Assembly: GCF_000150275.1 (NCBI RefSeq)
Contig: NW_002060977.1
Coordinates: 191,235-255,234 of the forward strand
Direction: 5' to 3'
From: Trichoplax adhaerens
Taxonomy: Eukaryota; Animalia; Placozoa
Length of the DNA stretch: 64,000 nucleotides
The notes below the pieces were generated by a model. The model was not told where the DNA came from. It saw only the letters and a program-made list of their open reading frames with translations, and made no database searches. Below are positions 1-14,200 of this stretch, one piece after another. How positions within the stretch are numbered: position 1 is the stretch's first letter; each line of letters opens with the position of its first letter. Position numbers and translations under genes: made by a program.

Positions 1-3000
1 TTCTTTATGCTTAGTCCTATTTCATAAAGATCTGAAGTATTGATTGGCACAAGTTTTGGTTTAAGGCTAGGCTTGACATATTACATATCATTAAAATGAT
101 GTGGCTATTACTGGATCTGTAAGTTGGATAAGAGGAAAATTTCGAAGCAAAATTTTGCAAAATTTGCTAAATTTCTAAATTTACTGATTTAGCCTTTAAT
201 GATGTCATGTCTGTTCTGCACATTTTCAATGTTTTCCATCTATGGTAGTTTTTGTTTCTTTATCATTTCAATTGATGTTATTACTCTTAACTTATATAGT
301 CGTATGAATCTGCGGCGCGTATTATTAAATATATTTGGTTAGTAATAATTGATTATTACTTATCATATTTACTATCCTTAATGACACTTACTTTATTCAT
401 TGCCGCAGTATATCGAAACAGTGTAGATTTTACATGTAACAACCATATCAAATAGTCAAAGAAAAATATAAAGTCTAGATAATGTGTTATAGTTATGGTA
501 AACTGTCCTAATGAATATTTTAAGATGAAAATTTAGCATCGGTTTATTATCATAAATATAAAGTTCTGAAGTTAAGAATTTCTATTTTCTAAGCATTTTC
601 TAAATTCAGTAAAGTTGTATTCATTAATTAAATTGTGAGGGATTAAAACTATAATATATTATGCAACCGTCCCGTAACAAATATATTCGTATAGATTGGA
701 TTCTTCCTTCTCTACAATACTCAAAATTTTTACTAATCTTCAGTTAATGACAAACTATAAAAGTAGGATAGATCAAATTGCCTATTTTTAACTGGCAAAC
801 AATCCAATTTAAAAGATAGCTTGCTTTTCACTGATATAAATCTGCTTCTACAGTAAGGATTTAATTAATAAACTATATTTAATAAAGCAGCTTATAAAGA
901 TAATCACTTATTATCCTTACGAATATTTGTCTGCAAAAAATAGATCGACTCATTTTATTCCATTATTATCCATCGTTACTATACTTAAGGGCTGTAATCA
1001 TGTCGATATCTGTTCTAGTTACGGTTACATATTACTGCTCTAAGAATATGTGGTTGATTTGTCTAAGCTTCAGATCGGAAATAAAGCAATTTTATTTCTA
1101 TAGATCCATATAACTTAGCTAGGATGACCTCTGGTGATATCACTGAACGTGAAATTTTAAAATATGTAGAAAGCATCAACTTTATTAGACCTTTATATAA
1201 AAATAATCTCAGTATTTCTCTACTCTAGCCAAGTGCAACTGCTAGAATGACTTTTAGAAAGAAATAATGAATAACTTAAGTTGTCCACTTATATACTTTC
1301 CGTACCATTACAGTTAGCGATATTCCACTCTATTTTACAATTCTTCAGGTTATAATTAGTAACTTACACTGTGGCGGATCATTCATAATTTAATATATTA
1401 ACAGCTACAGTAATTTTACAGATATCTTTTCGGACTAGTCATATCATGATACCCTAATATAGGAGTGACGTATCTATTGACCTTTGACATCAATCATGAT
1501 TCAAAAGCTTACTGCTTCAGATTATTGGTGTTCGTTCTCTAGCACAAAACCTTCATCTAAAGTCTGTAGTTATGAGTTAACAAATAAGGCTTATGATAAA
1601 TTTACAGAAGTAAGCTATCATACATCATAACAAGCATATGTAATAATCTACGATCTAATTCTATGTTTTATTATGCCACCGTTCTTAATTTAAGAGCACC
1701 TATTTTCTCATAAATTGTTAAAACGCTGATGCTCAATTGTAAATAAACGTATAGCTGATATTTCATACAAATTTATTGTTTTTGTACGTATAACTGTAAC
1801 CGTTAGTGGTGTGTTTTGAACTTTACTACTAACATGTAATGGGTAGACTTCATGACAAGACCAACCAGACCGTCTTTGCTGACCATCAATTAATATTCAG
1901 AGTTGTTGAAGAATAGCAGGGTAAGCAAAGGATTCTTTAGAGATAACACTTAATAAAATCTCTTACTTTTTATGATAAATTCACATGCTTATCTAATGCT
2001 ATGGACTAGATACTATGCTTAATAGTATTTGCATTACCCAGCTGTTGCTACATGTACCAGTCAGTACTTTACGCACTATACGTATCGCAGAATTAATGTA
2101 GGATTTAGGATCGTCAATTTCATATTTTCGGTCCATCATTTTCATGTTTCAGTGTAACTATAGAAGAAAGCAGATATAAAAATGCTGCGTAAATTTTCTT
2201 TATAGCAATATCAAATACAGTTGGCGCAGAAATATGTTATGAAATGAGATTTTAGTTACGTTGCTAATACATTTCTATATTTTAAGCTCACTACAGCTTT
2301 AATCCATTCTATTTAACGATAGGAGTACATAGAGTGAAATATAAAATTTGTATTATGTAAGTCCATAGAAGAGACTATAGATAAAATGCTTACCTAAATA
2401 GGTAGAGGGAAGCTAGTAAAACATTGGTTTTACCAAACTGTATAACGGTATGCTAAGAACGATTATTATCAGTTCAATACCTTAGCTCTACTCGATTCGT
2501 CTGGAGATTTTTAGTAAACCCTCCTTGATTACAAGTAGAAGAGTTTCGAAAAAGTAACCATGGAGTTTAAATAATTTGATAGTAAAGAGAGATCATTTTA
2601 GTCGCATACATAGAAAATTGATAACTTAACTAATAGAGCAGACATCTGCTTGAAATTTGCTAGCTCAAATCATTTCTCATTATTGAATGTTACTATTAAA
2701 TGAAACATGATCAATTTTGTAGATACAAGTCATCTAATGCGACAAGGCTTGGCCTAAATTTCTCGGCCTAGACCAGTTACGTATGTTTTATCAAGGTTTT
2801 CATCTAGCGTTAGCGCAATTAATTTGATTGAAATTGTCCGCTTAAATTGGCTAGCCTAAACAGAATATGGTTACGTATATACGATGTATTTCAACCTCAG
2901 TTTGAAACGGTTAAAATTTTTACCTAAGAGCGATACGGCATTTAATCACTTATAGGCTATAGATAAGTCTTTTTAATTAACTATGTGAGTTGATAGTTAG

Positions 3001-3384
3001 TCTAGATTATAAGAAACGCCACAGGAAAAACCTAGGATAATCGTCAGTCACTAAAGGATGTGCGAGAGTTAGGGTTAGAGCTAAGTTAAGGTATAAATTG
3101 CGGACCAATTGCTCTATAACGGATATATTGCATTCGCCATGGGTATAGTCTTTAACAAGAGAGAAAAATGGATAAAGCTTACTGAGAACGTTAATTTAAT
3201 TTTGTATGAGGTTTGAATTAATTAAATTAACATCAGTTTTACATTTATCATTATGATTAAGGAAAAATATGTTTGCTGGAGGTGACATTGTTCTTCAGTC
3301 CGTTCGTTATCTGTCCTCAGATGGTTATATCTTCAGTTACAAATCGTACATATTAAATATTTCCCTTGCTATCATATTTTCAAA

Positions 3385-6302
3385 ATGGCGTCTGCACAGA
3401 TTCAATATCGACATATGACTCATCCTTATATGCTGCCACCACAGGTTAAATCAGTGGCCCTTGGTCTTGCCGTTTCTCAAATGCTTCTTGGCTTGTTAGG
3501 TCTGATTGCAGGCATATTAGGCTTTACGCTATACCGATCTTACATGAATATTGTCATATTACTCGGCGTTGACATATGGACATGTTCATTTGTAAGTTTG
3601 TATTCAGCTTTAGATTCTTGCAGTTGTTCATTGTAAATATCCCTATTAATTAAGACGAAATAACTACCATAAAAGTAATTTTATCTCTTTACCGCACAAA
3701 TGAAAATCCTTATCATCTTATGCAACGTGGTGCTATATGCATTTATTATTGTCTAAATACTAGTATCTATACATCTTGTGATCCAACCAATTTGGCCCAG
3801 ATAATAAAATCATAATTTTTACATTTTAAGTGATATTTTCTATCAGGCTTTAACATGCAAATGAATAATAGTCATTAAATATAAAGTCAGTTCGCTACAA
3901 ATTATGCTGATAAAAATGACAAGATACGCAATCTATTACAATGTTTAATATCAATCTATTCTGTAATTACTGTAGGCTTTCCCATTCAGGTCCTTTCAAT
4001 ATAATAAATATGTATACTAGCAGATATAAAATTCAATCCATTGCAAATCAGTCTATATTAAAGTTTTCGTAGATAATTCGTAACTTTTAACTACTTTCTA
4101 GTACACGACAGTTTTAGGCTATCGTCGTATTTTAGTATTAAGGTATGAAATAATAAATTTAATAGATTATATGTGAGATTGCGATCCTGAATGAATATGA
4201 ATGCGTTACTTAGAGTGTGTTAATTCTATTGCTCACGCTATTTAGCGTGTAGAACAGTACAGCAAATTAGTGCCTTATGGTTATGCAGATCGAATACTTC
4301 GTGTAGGATTGGTACAACCGGAAACAAAATCGCATCTAGATTTAGTAGCATTTTATAGTGCAATAACCAGTTTACAATAAATATGGACGTCTAGAATATA
4401 TATCGTGAACTTATTGTGTACTTGATTATATTCAAAAAACTTAGATTAGAATTTTGATATATTATGCAATGTTTGATGGAGCATAATAAATCATGTCAGA
4501 TACGGATGTTTGCCTGTACAGTACAGTTTAATATATTGCTCCAATATAGATTAATTTATCGAAACTTTGTATTTCAAGTATTTCTAAGGATAGTGTCTTA
4601 TTCAAATAATAGTTCATTATGTAACGTAACTGTATAGCGATAGCATTTAGCAATATATACCGCTAATGTTTCGACCATCTAAATTTACGTAAATCATGCA
4701 GTAGTCTACTCTACCGAGTGATATTAAACATAGAATTGAAGATTTTACATATTGTTACTCTTAACCTTTTGATAGGATTGAAAGTTAGAACGAAATATTT
4801 ATTTCCCATTTAGTCTTTGATCTTACTAATATTTTCTATCATAAATGAAGAGAAGATAATATTAAGTTTTATTTCTTAGATAGTTCTCGATATAAGTCGG
4901 TATTAGGAAAATAATACTATCTCTTGAAGTCAATATCGCTATATCGTCAGTGTTTAATTTTTTATGATTTTAAATCAAAGTTTCATTTGTAAAGAAGATC
5001 AAACTTTTGGTGACTTTTGCTACATAAAGAATTGGATCTTAAATAATTTAATTGAGTCAATGAAGCCTTTACTATTAATATTTGATAAACAATTTATTTA
5101 AGAACTGCTTTCAGCTGTTCATAGCTATTAGAAATTTGATTGCAATATCTAAGATTTAGCTTTCGGCATTCTTGGTGTGATCCTTCAATAATCATTTTAC
5201 ATTATACATATCTGCTGACAAGCGGCTGAAGATGAATATTTACATTATAATTCAAATTAAATATCTTCCTTTATTAATGTTTTTAATAGTATCTCATAAG
5301 CGGACTACTTGGTATGGGCTTACATATAAATCCAGCAAATTATAGATTGGTAAATAAATTCTTAACCCTTTAGTATACCTCGGCAAAATATACCAATACC
5401 AATCATTTGATATCCAAATGGCTCCTTATTGATTGAATTAACTTATTTATTTTTTTTATTAGATGCATGCTTACTTTGCCTTTACTATCATTAGCTTCAT
5501 TGTGTGCGTAGCCCAGTGCACTTTCTCTGCTATTTCACTTTTCTTCTACTATGTTCGGTACACATTTTGGCATAGTTTAGCGTCATTACTCATTGGAATG
5601 CTAGAGTTTGGCTTCAGTTTAGGGAATATTATTTTACTTGGACACCTTGTCTATTGCAAATCATTACAGGTGAATCAATGACGTGATAAAGTATAGATTT
5701 CAAAAAGCAAAAAAATATCAACAACTTAGTGTTGTTTGGAAGATCAATATGTTAATATTCGAGAGATTGCTATCTATAAAACTACTCTTAGAAATATAGA
5801 ACATTTTTGAAGTATTTAAAAATAACAATTTTCTACGTTATGTACAATTTCTGCAACATTTTAATGTTCTGAAAGGCAAGTGCAACAGTAGTCTATCCTC
5901 CAAACCAGCAAATGTTGATGCAAGAATATAATTCTCCTTCAGGTAATGTAAAGAATAAAATTATATTACTTTTATATATTAAATTACTTGTTTTGAGTAC
6001 AGGTCTTTATTACATACTTTATCATTACGTCAGTTGAAGCTGTGTTAAGTAGAACTTTAGCCGCAGAAACTCGCATTTCTGAAAACTTCCAACCACCACC
6101 ACCTCCTCAGCCTATACCAAATAATAATATTAAAGATAATGATACTCCCGAATCTAAACGTCATTCGCGCTCTAGAAATTCATCTATAAGACAAAGTAGC
6201 GATGAATATTCCTCATCTGACACGTCTGAAGATATAGAGCTAGCTTCGAAGCATCGATCTAGACGCTCAGGAAGGTCTAGAAGAAAACATCATCGACGTT
6301 AG
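3385..6302 (+). CDS. MS4A/CD20-like four-transmembrane protein, 5 coding exons, about 269 aa
   Basis: Exons 3385-3591, 5290-5349, 5463-5669, 5876-5942, 6034-6302 join in frame via GT-AG introns (810 nt). Four hydrophobic helices. LAVSQMLLGLLGLIAG and GVDIWTCSF|YLISGLLG resemble the MS4A TM1/TM2 pattern (G..iW.g..fiisG.l). Pro-rich then Ser/Arg-rich cytoplasmic tail. Family assigned by eye. Confidence 0.75.
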
Positions 6303-7196
6303 AAGTAATAGTAAGATTAAACTAGGAAATGCTACAAAAATTTAAGGACGAGTTTGTTCAAAATTTCTAATCGAAGACAAAGTTCAGAATTTCTTTAAAA
6401 TTGCTAAGAAACCTTGTTGGCTAAGGAGTTACATTAAATTAAAAACTACCCGTGAAAATGTTGCAGTGCAATTTTGTAAACCCAAAATCGTCTTAATCTT
6501 GTCAGATTATTAGCATTTTTTGTAGCAGCTCATCTAATTTGATCATAATTTTTAAGTGGTTCAATATTCTTATTATATTAAGTAAATTAAAGGTTATCTT
6601 CCTACGGCAGGTTGTGCAGATAATATAGATTTTAAAGGGACATAAGTTCATTACAAGCACGTTTATATGGCTATTTTGTATTTTTTCGGTAAATAATTGA
6701 TTTTAACTATTTCTTACTAGTTATTAGGAGCTTACCTGAGTCTTAAATATTAAATTTCAAATCTTGCTTTGTAGTTAATTCATTGTGCTTAAAAAAATCA
6801 ACAAAACTGGCGTAAGCAATCAATAAAGAATATTTCAGTCATTTATATGGGCCTGGTTTTTATTACTAAATGAATCTAAAGTGAATGCGAATTCTACTTT
6901 CAATGACACTAGTTTATCAGAATGTATCTACTACAATTCTCTTCAGCTGATGTTTGCAATAAGCAAAAATTGCAACTACTATTAATAATCAAATAATATC
7001 ATTAGTATAATGTCAAGCTGGTTTTCTCTGATATCTACTAGAGAGAGGACTCAAAATATAGACAAACTTCGATCATCGGAAGGTCTCAGTAAATTACGCA
7101 TTTGTTCACAAGATAAACTGTGAATATAAACTTCATCGCAAAAATTAGCCAATTTATAGTTAATCTGCATTAATATTAATTATCAAGACCTGAATA

Positions 7197-7952
7197 TGCA
7201 ATAGAGTATCTTTAAAATAATAATAAAGAACTGCAATTTCTTGAAAAATTTACTTTATTATATAAGGCAGGTTCGTCTAACTACCAATGACTATCTGACT
7301 ACAATCAGACTATCTAAACATTACAGAAAACATTCATCATTTATGCAATTATCGCAAACCAATTTTATGACTAGGTAACGTAAAGGTCCACTTCTACAAA
7401 TTCATACTAATCTTTTCGTTTATGACTTTTACGTTCCGTAAAATAAAGAAATGATTTTACTCAGTAATTTGTAGAGCTTATATACTCTTTGGCAGCAGCT
7501 AACGTTGATGAATCATCTTTTAATAGTTCTTATAGATACCATATAGATATCTCTGACTGATTTTATATTGTCGAACTACTGTACGTCCATTTAGAGAATC
7601 ATTTTAGGACATGTACATTGCACAATTTACCGTTCTATTATAGTACAATATTAAACGTGCAGATTTGTCTAAGCTCTATTATCCGGTTTATCTTAGTCAT
7701 TTTCAACTGTTCTTATAAGAGGAAGGATTTGGAAATCTTCTCAAATGGACGGATGTATGAATAAACGTTAATATTCAAGACTATTTTTCGGTGTTTACGT
7801 TCATGTGCCACATTATGGAATTAGTCAAATTTTGGGTTACGTAGGCTAGTCAACAGTAATAGTAGGAGACTACGGTATTACTCAATCAAAACAGAGCATT
7901 GGTTTTACTAAATTTAGTCAGCTGATATTTCACGGTAGTTCGTACCTTGACA
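7197..7952 (-). mobile_element. Old mosaic LTR (F-like end + B-like end) containing a family G relative (about 7656-7884)
   Basis: 7200-7310 resembles the F end (AGGTTCGTCTAACTACCAA.GACTATCTGACTA); 7930-7952 matches the B terminus (TCACGGTAGTTCGTACC.TGACA). TSD not recognisable. Confidence 0.6.
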
Positions 7953-8073
7953 GCAGTTATATGTCGAATGACTTTTTTTACCTATACAATCATGTCTTAC
8001 CGATAAAGTAGTAAGTTCAAATCTAAATCCACTATCGCGATCTATTCGTAATTCGCAGTCATAATTAATTTCA

Positions 8074-8562
8074 AGTTACGGCCTTTGCTGCAATGAAAAT
8101 TTCTAACCCGACAAAAGATTAAGTTGAAGTATTCATTAAGCTAAAGCTAAACTAGGCCTGACGCTAACAAAATAACAGAATTTGAATTATGCCATATAAA
8201 GGGTTGTAAGTACTGATTAAACGAGATTTACTAAAATTTTCTAGTTACGATTTTTGTAACAATGAAAGGCTTTCAACATTACAAAAGACCTTATTTAAGT
8301 TGACATATTAATTAAGCTATAGCTAAACCGGACCTAAAAATAACAAGCTAAAAGAATTTAATCATATAAAAAGGTAGCGAGCAATATCTTTAGTCGGGCC
8401 CGTTTTGCTCTGAAAATATTTTAGGTGACCATTGATTTTTAGCCTTCTAGTACGATATTTCGTCAACTTAGGTACATTGATGAAGAGTAGTAATTGAATA
8501 AGATTTACTGAAACCTAAGGTTACAATATTTGTTGCAATAAAAGGGTTTCTAATACTACAAT
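8074..8562. repeat. Degenerate tandem repeat, unit about 170 bp (two units plus a spaced partial)
   Basis: Recurring blocks AGTTACG..TTTG..CAATGAAA, TTAAGTTGA..TATT.ATTAAGCTA.AGCTAAAC, CATATAAA.GG, AGATTTACT.AAA. Confidence 0.6.
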
Positions 8563-8855
8563 TAATTGGCGTAATAAGTTTAAATCAGCTGCACCTTATG
8601 ATAGTAATATGATATGCTTGCTACGATATACAGGGGCCCAGGGTAAATTTTTTGGGAACGAAACGGTATATCCCCCAAAAATGGCACGCCGGCATATTAT
8701 TATTGGTGTAGGATCTTTAACCATTTATTTGAGCAATAATTTATAATTTCAGTTCTATTTGGCATGAATTATAAATTGATAAGTAAAGTTCAAACCTGTT
8801 ATTCGAAAATACCGACATACTTAGAAGAAAGAATTTCCTCTCAGAAGTCCCTGTT

Positions 8856-9485
8856 TGTGACAGTATTATATACTATATTAGAGTAGAAATATCTATGTTA
8901 GGATTATTCTGTTAGCTTATCCTTATTTAGTTAACTTCCAATTTGGATATTCTGTGTTTTAATATAGCACTGACTTTTTATGACCGTGACACATATACAC
9001 ATACTGAAATTACTAGTTATAATAGGGAATGCGAATCATCTACTTACAGTTCCAATCATTGTGATTGTAACTTACTTATGGTAGATTGTAAATTATCATG
9101 GAAATTTTCCGTGATAGGACATATCGTAATCTGACTATTCTGTATTAGTCATCAGATGTCTATGTTTGTAAATACTGTTGTCTGCATTAAGGGAGCAGTA
9201 GCTAAAATTAATATCTAATTCAGTGAATGATTCCAAAGTTAATCGTACTAACTATGACTCATGAACTATTGAGGAAGAGTATATAAATGCAGTATATCGT
9301 GTAATAAAGTGGATTCTTAAACTTAGTGTTTAACGTAAAATACGAGGCGTTTAAGTCTTTGTGTATTCTGTTAGTAGAGCAAAAGTGTTTGTGATAGTGC
9401 AGATATCGTTCCTTGATACGTAGTTCAAGGAATTGACTTATTGATCGTACGTTATGTTATCTTGTTGCGAAGCTGTTTTGTGAAA
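8856..9485 (+). mobile_element. Solo-LTR-like element, family A copy 1
   Basis: Starts TGTGACAG, ends TTTTGTGAAA; flanks CTGTT/TTGTT (4/5 TSD). Internal TATATAAA followed by AATAAA. Near-identical to three other copies. Confidence 0.85.
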
Positions 9486-11262
9486 TTGTTATAGCATTCG
9501 TCAGATATCGAATTTTAGCCTAATATTGAATGAAATAGATGTTAATATAGGATGAGCTGAAAAGGATACTAGTAGGAGAATATAGATAGTATTGCTTGCT
9601 CATAATCATAGAAGTTTGGCGAATTATAGATAATATAAATCGATCAAAGGCGATACTAGACTACCATCAATGACTACTGTAAGAAGAAATTTAATTCCTA
9701 GATAGTTTGCAGCATTCACCAACTTATTTAGCTTATTGTAAATAAACACAAATACGTTGCGACTTGGCCGACGTAATAGCTATCCAGATAATATAGTTGA
9801 AGATAATGATTAATACTTTAACGGTATTTTAAAAACGAGTGATTGCAATTATAAAGTAAAATTAAATGAGTATATAGCATATAATATCAATATGTAATCT
9901 TATAATAAGTCTTAATATAGATATATAAGAATTTAATATACGAAATAGCATAGGCTAGATCAAAGCTCTAAATGTAGCCAGTCAAGTACTCATATCATGA
10001 TATTATGTTGTGCTAGTTGATAGAAGTAAATAAGCAAAAGTTGCGTAATAAAAAGAACTAATTCACATCTACTCTTGGAGTAACTAACGTGTAAAAATAA
10101 TAAAATAGAAATATAACGATCTATATTAGCAGATGTCACAGATTTAATCGCTTTTAGTCGACTGTAATGTTAGCATTCAACATGAATGCCATCTTTTCAA
10201 TTTTTATGATGAGGCAATGATTTTTATTTTGCATCTTTAATAAGAAAATATTTAAATATCCATGCGTATCTCGTTATAACTAGTTTTAATTAATTACCAT
10301 ATAGCATCTTTGCCAATAAAAGAGTTAATCAAGCTGTTTGCATCGGAGTAAATAACCAAGGAAGATTGAACTTAGATAATCCGCCTCAAATTTAACTGGG
10401 TACAATCCAGTAAACATGTAATTTTAATTGTTTAATGAATTAGAATAGTTGCAGAAATGAAGACTATATACTACAAGTATTGTCAGTTTGGTTTGTATCA
10501 GTCTCTTTTAAACATAATTAGTTAATTTCATGGTTTTACTGTTCGCTTAATTGAGATATTTTTTGTTTTAATTAATTTAATGCTAATAATTTTTTGTGAA
10601 CAATTACAGGTATAATTTGAATAATTAACCATCTGTTCATTACGATTAAATCTTTGTTATTTTATTGATATGATATCAATAGATCGACTGAGCCATTATT
10701 CATTGAGGGGCAACACTACCGTGACTAGGCAAAGAAATTTCTATATTTGGTGTCATCATTCAATAATTAATAATTAAAAAATCGAGAGCTTCGCATTGAT
10801 AAAACCAGAGTCTAAGCAGCTGGCAGTATCGGATTTATTTACTAATAAATCAAAAAGCAATATTGGTCAGGAGAATTTATAGCTAGATCTCGCGAATTTG
10901 ATTATTCGCATAGGATTGAAACAATAGAGTAAAAGTTATAAATCTATTAAATGCGGGGTAAGCAAGTGATTTGCTAATAAGTCTAAACATAAAAAGATAA
11001 AATTTATTCTAGTTTTGTCAAATTTACCAGCTTTAAGATTGAATGAATATAACCCTCAGATTTTAAGCAAATACGTCATTTCTTAATGTAAGAGATTATT
11101 TTATCCTTCTCCATATATTAATTTTTAGAAAATACTTTGAATCCAGTTTCTACTTACTTTAAATAACTTAAATTACCAATCAAGGACGCCTTAAATACAT
11201 ATTACCAATCTATCTCCGCGTAAAAAATCGGACAAAATCATATATATGGTATATTAAAAATT

Positions 11263-14200
11263 ATGAGGCTGCAAAATTTACGATTCGTGGTCTGTATATT
11301 ACTGTTAATAATGAAATCAAGAGGTAAGAAATCTCGAAAAATTCTGATATTTCTAATAACTATCCAACATTTTCTAGAAGTTTATCTCTTGTATTCCTAT
11401 CCGTCATATCCATGAAATTGAATTAATCGATTTTTGATGTTACATTATTGCCTTCACTGGCTTGTAACGCTTGAATATGTTACTTTAATGATTACAACCA
11501 GGAAGAAGATTAGATAGGAGTGTTACTGTAACATTTTTAAAAACGTCAAATCTTAAGATGGTTTTCTAAGCGATGCTATAAGTCATCAATTTATGTATAA
11601 TTCGGTTTAACTTAACATATTGATTGCTATCGATGACGTTTGGATACAATTATAACTTCTCTAGTCCTAGATTAGCTTTATATTTTGTGCAACATTATAC
11701 TGCAGTTGCTTTTGGAAATAGCTTCAACGTTGAGGTTGGTGTTATTAGATCCCATCCAGTACCTTATCTGATTAGCTTTAAAATTTTCAACGTTAAGTAT
11801 TGAAAATTGAATTTAGTACATTACTCGTTACGTTTGTCTTTTTTTACGAAATTGCGTCATTGCGTATTACTGTAATAACCTAGGAGAGAGCAAAACTAAT
11901 ATTAGCTAAGATATATCTGATGTTTGGGATTATAATGATTGGTTTGTTAAGATTATCTTACTCAACCACTAATAACACATTTTTACATTAATATCATTTA
12001 CGCTTGACGATATTATACATCGTAAGTGCTGATAATCTTAACAATATTTCATAGCAGTTCTTTTGAAGTATGAGCGAGTTGTTTAAATTGAGCGGTATAA
12101 TATTAAATATCGCTACCATTTCGCCTTCGTGGTTATCTACTTTGAAAATAATGCTATTTAGTCTAATATTTTTTTGATTTTTGGCTATTAGTATCACAAG
12201 CTAAAAGTACTTCAAGCGTGTAGCCAATTATGATTATGAATTTCATTTTCCTACGCTATCAGAAACTGAATTACAAATCAGTTGGCGATCCAATGTTGGA
12301 TTAAATTAACTTAAGATTTTCAATCTTCCTAGAAGAAAACAATCTACTTTGTTAATTATGAGCTTAAATTGGTTTAGGTGCTTAAAATTAGTTATCTATA
12401 TGATTCCCTTCGTCTTTGGCAATTAGCTAAATAAAATGTATGAAAGATTCTATGCTAGTGTCACAAACCAGCTTCGTGACAAGGATAACGTAAAACAAAT
12501 CTCTAAATTACTCTAGTCTCCGGGATTCAGTATCCCTACTCACAAGAATTTAGGCGCCTTTGATTCTACGTTAAACTCAACTAGACAATTGAGAACTGCT
12601 TTATTCAACTATCTGACGGGCTTATATACCCTTCTATAGCAGCTAACATTCACAAGTCATCTTATAAAAATACTTGGGTGAGAACATTTACTAACTAGTT
12701 TTTCACAGTCGGACTACAATATGTCTATTCACAGAATCATTTCAGTACACATTACCGCACAGCAATAAATTTACTGTAACACATTTATAATTAGAGTAAT
12801 TCCTATTGTAAGGAACTAGATGTAATATATTATTACTATATTATACTAACCAAATTTAGATAACTATTTCTTCACGGTAGTTCATACCGTGACAGCTAGT
12901 ATTGATCGAATAGAGTCTAATCCTTTAATATTGCCGAGTTAGCTTGAACTAGTCAGCTCTTGAGCACGATTTAGCGCACATATGTTAGGTTATCGTACTA
13001 GAAGATTTGATCTATACTTAGCTACCATACGAAACGCTAAAATAATCTATATTATTCATATTACCATAATTTATTTTCGTGATACATGCCGTATAACTTT
13101 ACCCTAATTGCTGTTTAAGGAAAAACTACTTGATTGAAATATTAGAATTAGCTATCCTGATCACTGCGATTCGCTGTTAATATCATTTCATTCAATCTAG
13201 AAAGTTTCTTTTACACTGTTATTTGTGCAAGAAGTAAATGACTTGGTCAGTCAATTTGCAATTTATTTACCTTGACTATTGGCCTTTTGATATCCTTTAT
13301 GCGTTCATCTGGAGAACATCGAATAGCCTATTCCTAATCGGGTGCTTGAAACTTACCGCACTATTTTTTTCCCAATAATTATTCTTTGCAGGGAAATAAT
13401 TAAAAAAATTATTTATACCAAGTACTCGAATTTTCAACTTTTGCAATAAACAGCATGGAACATATTGTTATTAAAAGTACAATAGTAAATAGTTTTACCC
13501 ATTCTGATGTCAAGACCCACAGTTATTATGCAAACGGAAATTAAAAGAATTTATTATACCGTCCTTCCTGGTAATAAAATAATACAGTACTATTAGATAA
13601 AGGTGCAAAGCTTAATTTTTTTCTTTTAGTCTCTTTAATGCTGTGCTAACAGCTATTTATAGATTAAATTAATTTTTGTCTTGCCATAGATATCATAGGT
13701 GTTGCCAATCCTAGAAGGTGACTAATATTTTAGTTTATCATATAGCCTAGGATATCCTTAGTGATCTTAATTTCAAGATTTCATTATTAAAGATATAGTC
13801 ATTTTATTTTACATGTAATTAGGGGCAGAATGTTCTTCGGATAATTTAGTTAATTAATTAAATACGGATTGCAGTGAATTTGACTTAGAAATTTCTACTA
13901 TAAAGGAAAGACGTGAATATATTGGAAGTTTAAAATTTTTCGTTTAAGAGTATATAGGAATAGATAGGGATAGACTTTGATCTATCGTTAAATAGGTAAC
14001 AACATATTCTGTAGCGCGATAACTTGTCCAGTTGTCATGGCTTTTAAAAATGATTTCGAATAAAATTTATTATCAATATTGGAAGAGGTTTAGTTCAATC
14101 GTGTTCATGTAAATAAATTACTCTTGATTAATTTTCGCTGATGCAGTATCTTTATTCCTAATTATGTATATTGATTAATGCTGGGAACTGATAATTATGG

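Noticed and set aside
71-118. Possible 48-nt exon (AG...GTAAGT) near the window start
   Set aside because: Isolated; no partner exons or recognisable peptide.
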